Below, piece after piece: positions 55,816 to 62,017 of a DNA stretch of 62,017 nucleotides. The notes beneath the pieces were generated by a model, which worked only from the letters and a program-made list of their open reading frames with translations, did no database searches and had not been told where the DNA came from. The stretch's first letter is position 1, and every line of letters begins with the position of its first letter. The stretch is from an uncultured Clostridia bacterium (GTDB taxonomy: Bacteria; Bacillota; Clostridia; Christensenellales; UBA3700), in contig CAMWQA010000003.1 of NCBI GenBank assembly GCA_947176265.1, forward strand, positions 1 through 62,017, written 5' to 3'. Position numbers and translations under genes: made by a program.

Positions 55816-55887
55816 CGGATTTTTACATATATTTACTTCCTTTTATCATCTGTGCATGATATAATTAGAAAAAAATACGAGGCGAAT

Positions 55888-56331
55888 ATGATACACACAA
55901 ATTTAAAGCAAAACGGCTTTTATAAATCTATCGACGAAAAAATTGCGCTCTGCCTAGAAAAGAGCAAAACGCTTGACGAAAACACCCCTTGCGGAAAGTA
56001 CGTATTGAGCGACGACGTATACGTCAACGTGACTGAATATTCTCCAAAGCCAATCGGCGAAGCAACTCCCGAGACGCATAAGCTATACGCAGATATTCAA
56101 CTCATTTTGTCGGGCGAAGAATATATAGGATACGCCAAAACGTCCCTGCTCTCGCCGACAAGCCAATACGACGCCCATAACGACATACAGTTTTGGCAAG
56201 GCGATATAGCGCTTGTTACTATGCAAAAAGGCGATTGGGCTTTATTCATGCCTGGCGAGGCGCACGCGCCGGGGTTAATAAAATCTGACGGAAAAGTCAA
56301 GAAAGCAATTTTTAAAATCAAATACAATTAG
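55888..56331 (+). CDS. YhcH/YjgK/YiaL-family protein (beta-galactosidase beta-subunit-like cupin)
   Basis: Start set to the ATG at 55888 (GAGG Shine-Dalgarno). 'PETHKLYADIQLILSGEEYIGY', 'GDWALFMPGEAHAPG' and 'KKAIFKIKY' are collinear with E. coli YhcH. Confidence 0.8.
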   Translation: MIHTNLKQNGFYKSIDEKIALCLEKSKTLDENTPCGKYVLSDDVYVNVTEYSPKPIGEATPETHKLYADIQLILSGEEYIGYAKTSLLSPTSQYDAHNDIQFWQGDIALVTMQKGDWALFMPGEAHAPGLIKSDGKVKKAIFKIKYN

Positions 56332-56337
56332 AATCGG

Positions 56338-56503
56338 TTGAGATTTCTCGACTGCGCTCGAAATGACATTATTAAGGGCGCAGCCCCGTCGCCCTGAGCG
56401 TAACGCAGTGAAGTCGAATGGGTCTCATCAGATTAGATTCTTCGACTACGCTCAGAATGACAATAATCGGATTGAGATTTCTCCACTTCGGTCGAAATGA
56501 CAT
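56338..56503 (+). repeat. Cluster of three copies of the 32-nt repeat plus a different GC-rich hairpin module
   Basis: The copies are 56338-56369 TTGAGATTTCTCGACTGCGCTCGAAATGACAT, 56433-56464 TTAGATTCTTCGACTACGCTCAGAATGACAAT and 56472-56503 TTGAGATTTCTCCACTTCGGTCGAAATGACAT. Between them, 56374-56425 contains the hairpin AGGGCG-CAGCCCCGT-CGCCCT. Confidence 0.85.
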
Positions 56504-56523
56504 TTGGTATTTATCCTTAACTA

Positions 56524-56557
56524 AAAAGGTATGTACAGCGCGTACATACCTTTTTAA
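56524..56557. terminator. Bidirectional rho-independent terminator (yhcH side and giant-gene side)
   Basis: AAAAAGGTATGTAC-AGCGC-GTACATACCTTTTT: a 9-bp core stem with an A-run and a T-run on either side. Confidence 0.85.
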
Positions 56558-56563
56558 TATCAC

Positions 56564-56630
56564 TGCCACACAGTGGCAATATAACTGTTGCATAGCAACA
56601 ATATAACTTTGCCGCAGGCAAAATATAACT
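56564..56630. repeat. 3 x 22-nt array: variable perfect 6-bp hairpin plus invariant AATATAACT
   Basis: Units are TGCCAC-ACA-GTGGCA-ATATAAC, TGTTGC-ATA-GCAACA-ATATAAC and TTTGCC-GCA-GGCAAA-ATATAAC(T). Unit starts are at 56564, 56586 and 56608. Confidence 0.85.
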
Positions 56631-56640
56631 GCATTATTCG

Positions 56641-59600
56641 CTACTTGCGCTTCATCGCTCTTTGTTCTTTCAACAAGTCATTATAACGCTCTATTTGATC
56701 TTCTCTAAGGTCTATCATATTCTTGGCTACCTTGCATGCTTGAGCGTCTGCAATGACTACTTCAGTCTCCTTGACCTTGACTTTAGTGCCGTCGCTGGAC
56801 GCGTCTCTCTTGATGTCTTTCAAGTACTCGTCTTCCATCTTGAAGAGCGCTACAGTCATATCTTTCTTGATCGTAAGTTTCAAGAGCGGATTTACCGTAG
56901 ACTGTCCAATCGTGATTGCGTAGGTCGACTTCTTCTCTTTGCTGTTTGGCTTTGACAAAGCGTACTGTCTCAATCCGTCAAAGTATTTTTGCTGTTGTTT
57001 TGAAAGCAGCGCGTAAGCCTCGTCAAGAGTAAGTCTTTGAGCTACTTCCTTTTTGGGCTTTGCTTCTGCAGGTACTTTGACTATCTTCTCGACAATCTTC
57101 TCTACCGGTACTTTCTTCTCAACTATTTTTTCTACCGGTACTTCGACCTTGACTTCTTTGACTACTTCTTTCTCCACTACCTTCTCCACCTCTACCGGTA
57201 CTTCGACAACTTTTTCCACTATCTTCTCGACAGGTACTTCTTTCTCGACGACCTGTACTTGAGGATTAGAATCTTTCTCAAGTAGCTTTGCAATTAGCGC
57301 CTCTTGATTTTTCATCATTTGCTCAACGCGTTGGTCATTCTTTTCCGACTTTTCGATGAGTCTCTGCACAATCTCGTCGTTGACGGTAGACGATGCGGTT
57401 TCTTTCTCAATGACGCGCTCAACGGATTGTTGTTCTGCTAGCTGTTGCATGAGTCTTTCGTTTTGCTCAATAAGTTTGTTGACAACTTCGTCATTAGTCG
57501 ACGCTTGTTGAGGCAAAAGCTGTTGGACGCCCGGCAACAACGCCGAGACGGTCTCTGTGATGAGTCCTCTCATATCTTCGACGCCAAACGCTGGTTGCGC
57601 GCCGACATAGCCGCCTTGCGCATAACCGTTTTGTGCGTTTCCTCCGCCGCCCATCATACGCATAAACATCATCTTCATATCTTCGTCTTTTGCGTCTTCG
57701 GCTTGCTCTTCAGACTTGAGGCACTTGCCGCGCAATACCATCATCAATACCAAGAGCGCGATTGCGACTGCCAACAATGCAAACGCGATTATACTGAATG
57801 CCATATTGGAAAGTCCAAACAGCACTTTCGTCGACGAGAATATGGGCAGCATTGCAAAGAATGACGTGCCGCGCTTTTCAACTGCGCGTTTTGCCTTTTT
57901 GTTGCGCGAACTGTATCCCGCGCACTTAGCTGCGAATATAATAATCATTATCAATGATATTCCCGACACGATCAACTGCCACAATGGGAAATTCTCAGGC
58001 AAGTTAATTCCGCTACCGTTGCCGTCGCCGCCCGAAGAACTGTCTCCCGGCGTCTGCGGGCCGTTGGGGTCTATAGGCTTATTGGGGTCGTTGGGGTCAT
58101 CGGGATAATTGTTTGGGTTGTTGGGGTCTTCTACGTTGGCAACATCAGCGGCTGTAAGTTCAAACGATACCCAATCCGTCTCTAATGCTCCGCCTGTAAA
58201 CGCTACGCTGTCTGCGTACGCGGTCTTGATTTTGGCGCGGATTTGATAGTTGCCCGCTTGCAAAGCGCCGACTTCCACCGCATTACCTTCATCGTTGAGG
58301 ATTTCGTATTCTATCAAATTAGCCTCGTTGCTATAGATATCCAATCTTGGAGGTTTGGTACTCATCTTCCAATTGCTGCTTATCACACGCGCAAGGATTT
58401 CGTAATCCCAACTGTCATTACCTGCAATAAAGTATGTATTTGCTATTGCGCTGTTTATTTCAACTCCCACTTGGTATTTTCCAACTGCGCTAGGAGTATT
58501 GGTCAACGGATTGCCCATTGCATCGTAGTACTTGACGACGTAATCGCTTGTCTTCAAGTTTGCGTTGTTTTTAAACTGCACGTTGATTGCGCTACCAATA
58601 TATGCAAAACTCAATGACGCCGGCGTAAAGGTTACCGCCTGTCCCATATCTTTTACAGGAAATGCGGGCGACGTCGTGTTTCCGCTCAAAATGTAGTTTC
58701 CGTCTGCGGATACCAACGATATTACGCACACGTAATATTCAGTATCGCTGTCTGACACCGTGATTGTATTGATGTCTATCGGCGTACTGTCCGTTATGTT
58801 TCCCGACGCATCGCTCTTGTAGTAAGTTTCCTTAACGACAGCGCGGTAATCGGCGTCGCGCAACACCAAAGCGTTAAAGGCTTTACCATTACTTCCCGTC
58901 TTCTGCTCCTTACCCCATTGCACTTTAATCTGAGCCGGCACTATCTCCCAATTGATAGTGGCAGCCAACGTTCCAACATACGTCGTCGGGTCATTTAAGT
59001 CGGGCTCGATATAGTTTTTCGTATCAGCCGCGGTAATTCCTAGCACGGTTGCCGTCATTCCGCTTCCCACGTCTTTGCTCACGTTTCCGCTGTAGTCAAT
59101 AGTAATGCCTGCGGGCAAGTCGATAAGTTCCATAGTCTGGTTGAGTCCATTATACTCCAGCGTACCGTTGCCTTTCCACTTAACCTTGCTTAAATCGTAT
59201 TTAGCTTTCTCTATTGTCCAGGTAATTTCAAAGATACCAGGGTCAGTTCCGCCCGTTGCCGTCGACTTAATCTTTACTCGCGTGGTATAAGTTTCCGCGT
59301 CGACTTCTTGCGAATGCTCGTATCCGTTGGTACCGAAAGTCGTGTCCACTGCGTATCCGCCTAACATCAACGTAGCTCTGTCTACTGTCCAAATAACCGA
59401 TTTGCCGTCGTAGGTAAATTGATGCGTACTCGTCACGCTTTGCGTCATGCCTGCGGTCTCCGTACCTTTGTCATTGCCGTGCGTAAATCTCCACAGCACG
59501 TTGACGTCTTTTGACGCGGCTGTGATATCCAACGTAGGCGCTGTCATAGGTATCAAAATATAATTACAATTCTTTTCATCGGTATCTGCCGTAAGCTCAA

Positions 59601-61974
59601 CCGTTATATTATACTTAACTCCTGCGCGCAGACCTGTGGTATTCATTGTGAAGGTCTTTGCCGTATCGCTTGCCGTAATACCCGACGCAACCAAAGTCTT
59701 AGTTCCGCCGCTTGGAGTCGCGTAGACGTTGACTTTGACTTTTTGACTTCCCAACGTACCCACTATGATTTCCATAGTCGGACTCGTGCCTTGCGAGCAC
59801 GTCAAATCAGTCTCTCCCGAATCGTCCGTCACACTTACGTTGGCATTAGTCTTATCAATAACAATCGTACCAATCGTCTGATCGGCAAAACCGCCTACCG
59901 TCTCCCAGTCTTTTGTAGCGTAATTGATAAGATGCGCTTTGATTTCGTACGTACCGGCGTCGGTTATCAACAGACTTGAGTGGTCGGCGCTTTCCGTCAC
60001 GCCGTCAGGCAAAATCAACTGCACTTCATTATGGTCGTAATCTGTCAGCATAAAGGTCTGCGCGCCGCCTGTAAACGTGCTTGGCGGGGTCGCAACTGTC
60101 GGCACTTTGACAGTCGTACGCGTCAACGTAAAGGTCTGCAGCACTGTGCCTACAAGCTTGTAATTGCAACCGGTAGTGGGCAAACTTGCCGTCGCCGTAT
60201 ATGTGCCCGCCGCAGTCGGAGGCGTAGTTGTTGTACCAGTCGTGCCTACTCGCTGATACGTCACGGTTACCGGCGGTAAATTAGGGTCTGTTCTTACTAC
60301 CGTCGTTAAGTCGAGCGTAGCAGTCGGAGCTCCTCCGCCCGTCGGCGTTGAAAAGATAACTTTGGCTTCTTTAGGCTCTATTTTAAATGTAAAGGTCTTG
60401 GGTAGTCTGTCTCCGCTAGCCCAGTGATAATCGGTATCGCTCAACGCATATCCCTTAAGCGTTGCCGTTGCCGTATAATCTCCCACATTGACCATATTCG
60501 TATTGGTGTACGTGATATCCATTATATTTGGATCGTACCAGGAAGGCGCGATAATATTGCACATATTTTGCGGGTTCAAATCTTCGTCCAATCCGCCGAA
60601 CGTGGTAGTCGCTACCGTCGGGTCGGCTATAGACCAAGAGTCCTCAATTGACTTGAGATTGATATGTATTGCGGGTCGAATACCGCATTGTATCGTCGGC
60701 GTTGCCGCCGCGCCTTCGCCTGCGTTTATTCCTGCCGTGCTTATATACAGCACAGCGCTACTGTCCCAACAGTTGTCAGATCTCAACCAATAGTCGGATG
60801 TTGACGGCCGGAAATCAGAGCCTGTGGGGATTCCCCATATACCGGCAACATAACCGTTATTTAATAGTTTTTCACTACCGATTTCAGTGGAAGAAGGCAA
60901 CCAAATGGTATCATCTTTCCATTCGTAATACTCGGGTTTTGAAAGCATATTGACATTATTGGAATGCCAACCTCCGTTTGTTTGTCCAGATGAAGGCGTA
61001 CCGTATCTATAAGAAGTATCCGGTCCGGTGATTCCGTCCGTACCGCTTCCCCAAGCCTCGTTAGGGTTGAGAGCGGTAGCTGCGGGATATGCCCAAGAAT
61101 AATTCTCCGTACGTTGATATTGCAAATGCTTGATAGGTTCAAGATATTTTGTAAGGCTTTTCCTGCCGTATTGTCCGCTACTGTTGGTATAATTCTCAGA
61201 TAAAGTAAAGGGCGCGAAAACGTTTTGCGTACGGTCAGTCGTGACAACTCCGTTTCTATCAGTATTGCTAGTCGCATAAGTTCTTAAGGCGCTTGTGTCA
61301 TCGTCGCCACCGCAGTTCAAAGCATCAATTCTAATTTTACTTGTCGAATACATGCCTGCCGGATATCTTTGCGAGGCATCTTTAATCGTACTGTTGTATG
61401 CTCGCCAATAATACTTCTCGCTCGTCTCTTGCGCCAACACCAGCGTAAGTACCAAATCGCCGTCGGTATGCCGCGTTCCGTCGTTGTCGACAGTATCGGT
61501 GGTAGCGTATACCACAATCCACTTGAATCCGCCGAATTCTATAACAATAGGATCAGGCGCAGTTCCGCCGCCAACCGTCGTCGCCGTCGTACCGTTGCTG
61601 AGCATACGGAAGTCTCTTGAATAATTATATGTAAAATTGCTACCGTATCCTGCAACAACGCTTGACGAGTCATGGACTTTTTGCCAAGCATTGGCATAGG
61701 TATCGGTACTCGTAGACGCGCCGCCTTTTCCGCTGGAGATTGCGCCGTAGAGTTTGTTTAACACCGTTCTATTAAACGGAGAGCCGTCGCGAGTATCGTA
61801 ATCGCTATAGGTCAAAGAACCTATTAAACCAGTAGGCATATTAGCGGTAGAATATCCGTCTGCTACCTGCCCTACTTCTCCAAGTACTGTCGCCGATACG
61901 TATATCGCAACAACCAAAGCCACTAATATAATTACTGCGTAGCTAACTCTAATTTTTTTCTTACCCTTTTCCAT
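56641..61974 (-). CDS. Giant (1777-aa) membrane-anchored surface protein: signal/anchor, DUF6273-like domain, about eight Ig/MBG-like modules, Pro/Asn/Asp linker, TM cluster, repeat-rich C-terminal tail
   Basis: N-terminus 'MEKGKKKIRVSYAVIILVALVVAIYVSA'. 'IWLPSSTEIG...YWLRSD...CGIRPAIHINL' spans about aa 143-440. Recurrent '(A/V)GxY...NY' modules follow. Linker 'DPNNPNNYPDDPNDPNKPIDPNGP'. TM segments at about aa 1330-1352 and 1391-1414. The tail carries 'PVEKIVEK' repeats. Confidence 0.85.
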   Translation of the reverse strand: MEKGKKKIRVSYAVIILVALVVAIYVSATVLGEVGQVADGYSTANMPTGLIGSLTYSDYDTRDGSPFNRTVLNKLYGAISSGKGGASTSTDTYANAWQKVHDSSSVVAGYGSNFTYNYSRDFRMLSNGTTATTVGGGTAPDPIVIEFGGFKWIVVYATTDTVDNDGTRHTDGDLVLTLVLAQETSEKYYWRAYNSTIKDASQRYPAGMYSTSKIRIDALNCGGDDDTSALRTYATSNTDRNGVVTTDRTQNVFAPFTLSENYTNSSGQYGRKSLTKYLEPIKHLQYQRTENYSWAYPAATALNPNEAWGSGTDGITGPDTSYRYGTPSSGQTNGGWHSNNVNMLSKPEYYEWKDDTIWLPSSTEIGSEKLLNNGYVAGIWGIPTGSDFRPSTSDYWLRSDNCWDSSAVLYISTAGINAGEGAAATPTIQCGIRPAIHINLKSIEDSWSIADPTVATTTFGGLDEDLNPQNMCNIIAPSWYDPNIMDITYTNTNMVNVGDYTATATLKGYALSDTDYHWASGDRLPKTFTFKIEPKEAKVIFSTPTGGGAPTATLDLTTVVRTDPNLPPVTVTYQRVGTTGTTTTPPTAAGTYTATASLPTTGCNYKLVGTVLQTFTLTRTTVKVPTVATPPSTFTGGAQTFMLTDYDHNEVQLILPDGVTESADHSSLLITDAGTYEIKAHLINYATKDWETVGGFADQTIGTIVIDKTNANVSVTDDSGETDLTCSQGTSPTMEIIVGTLGSQKVKVNVYATPSGGTKTLVASGITASDTAKTFTMNTTGLRAGVKYNITVELTADTDEKNCNYILIPMTAPTLDITAASKDVNVLWRFTHGNDKGTETAGMTQSVTSTHQFTYDGKSVIWTVDRATLMLGGYAVDTTFGTNGYEHSQEVDAETYTTRVKIKSTATGGTDPGIFEITWTIEKAKYDLSKVKWKGNGTLEYNGLNQTMELIDLPAGITIDYSGNVSKDVGSGMTATVLGITAADTKNYIEPDLNDPTTYVGTLAATINWEIVPAQIKVQWGKEQKTGSNGKAFNALVLRDADYRAVVKETYYKSDASGNITDSTPIDINTITVSDSDTEYYVCVISLVSADGNYILSGNTTSPAFPVKDMGQAVTFTPASLSFAYIGSAINVQFKNNANLKTSDYVVKYYDAMGNPLTNTPSAVGKYQVGVEINSAIANTYFIAGNDSWDYEILARVISSNWKMSTKPPRLDIYSNEANLIEYEILNDEGNAVEVGALQAGNYQIRAKIKTAYADSVAFTGGALETDWVSFELTAADVANVEDPNNPNNYPDDPNDPNKPIDPNGPQTPGDSSSGGDGNGSGINLPENFPLWQLIVSGISLIMIIIFAAKCAGYSSRNKKAKRAVEKRGTSFFAMLPIFSSTKVLFGLSNMAFSIIAFALLAVAIALLVLMMVLRGKCLKSEEQAEDAKDEDMKMMFMRMMGGGGNAQNGYAQGGYVGAQPAFGVEDMRGLITETVSALLPGVQQLLPQQASTNDEVVNKLIEQNERLMQQLAEQQSVERVIEKETASSTVNDEIVQRLIEKSEKNDQRVEQMMKNQEALIAKLLEKDSNPQVQVVEKEVPVEKIVEKVVEVPVEVEKVVEKEVVKEVKVEVPVEKIVEKKVPVEKIVEKIVKVPAEAKPKKEVAQRLTLDEAYALLSKQQQKYFDGLRQYALSKPNSKEKKSTYAITIGQSTVNPLLKLTIKKDMTVALFKMEDEYLKDIKRDASSDGTKVKVKETEVVIADAQACKVAKNMIDLREDQIERYNDLLKEQRAMKRK
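57060..57262 (-). repeat. Imperfect intragenic tandem repeats encoding (V/I)EK(I/V)VE(V)PVEK units
   Basis: The plus strand shows CTACCGGTACTT three times and many CTTCTC/GACAA/TCTTCTC-type units. The translation is 'VEKEVPVEKIVEKVVEVPVEVEKVVEKEVVKEVKVEVPVEKIVEKKVPVEKIVEKIVKVP'. Confidence 0.8.
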
Positions 61975-62017
61975 TTTTACCTCGTTTATTCCTGTATTCC
62001 AAAAAATGTATACTTTT

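Noticed and set aside
56372-56606. Two small ORFs (73 aa minus strand, 62 aa plus strand) in the yhcH-to-giant-gene intergenic region.
   Set aside because: They are translations of the 32-nt repeat cluster ('RFLHFGRNDI'-type strings). They overlap each other on opposite strands and lack Shine-Dalgarno sequences.
56564-56630. A CRISPR-like array.
   Set aside because: The 22-nt period, the three units, the lack of spacer-sized unique segments and the absence of cas genes or a leader all rule it out.

Overview
This is a 62-kb, gene-dense chromosomal segment that looks like a low-GC, anaerobe-type Firmicutes (Clostridia/Bacilli-like) genome using the standard genetic code. I call about 56 protein genes and one tRNA. 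I see no rRNA, no CRISPR array, and no recognisable IS element, transposase or prophage.

Most genes lie on the minus strand in long co-directional runs, and most are housekeeping:
- ecfA1-ecfA2-ecfT-truA
- pyruvate:ferredoxin oxidoreductase
- proS
- split transketolase
- the conserved metG-tatD-(radical SAM)-rsmA block
- a complete nine-gene V-type ATPase operon in the Enterococcus hirae order ntpFIKECGABD
- the sua5-ywlE-rpiB block
- manA
- an OmpR/HisKA two-component pair
- luxS

Small accessory patches are interspersed:
- an ECF sigma factor, a putative anti-sigma protein and a VWA lipoprotein
- a ProB-like kinase coupled to a deoxyinosine glycosylase and a ComEC-type MBL protein
- two sugar-type transporter/enzyme pairs
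- several small membrane proteins
- a TetR/YhcH pair
- a 1777-aa surface protein

The ORF track prints M for TTG and GTG starts, so I re-set several N-termini to ATG codons that have Shine-Dalgarno support.

I do not see a convincing self-contained novel multi-gene system such as a defence island. The least ordinary signals are non-coding or architectural:
1. A 13-bp palindrome, TGAACAWTGTTCA, occurs exactly three times. One copy lies over the +1 region of a consensus promoter for a TetR gene. Two copies lie inside an anomalous 234-bp spacer that splits ntpB from ntpD.
2. Three 22-nt units, each a different perfect 6-bp hairpin followed by the invariant spacer AATATAACT, sit between the stop codon and the terminator of the giant surface-protein gene.
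3. Two families of intergenic structured repeats are present: a ~155-bp hairpin-forming element with three copies, and a 32-nt element with four copies.
4. The giant protein has an unusual bipartite layout: a large exposed domain, a transmembrane cluster, and a repeat-rich cytoplasmic-looking tail.

Every functional call rests on motif recognition by eye in the supplied translations. No database searches were run.
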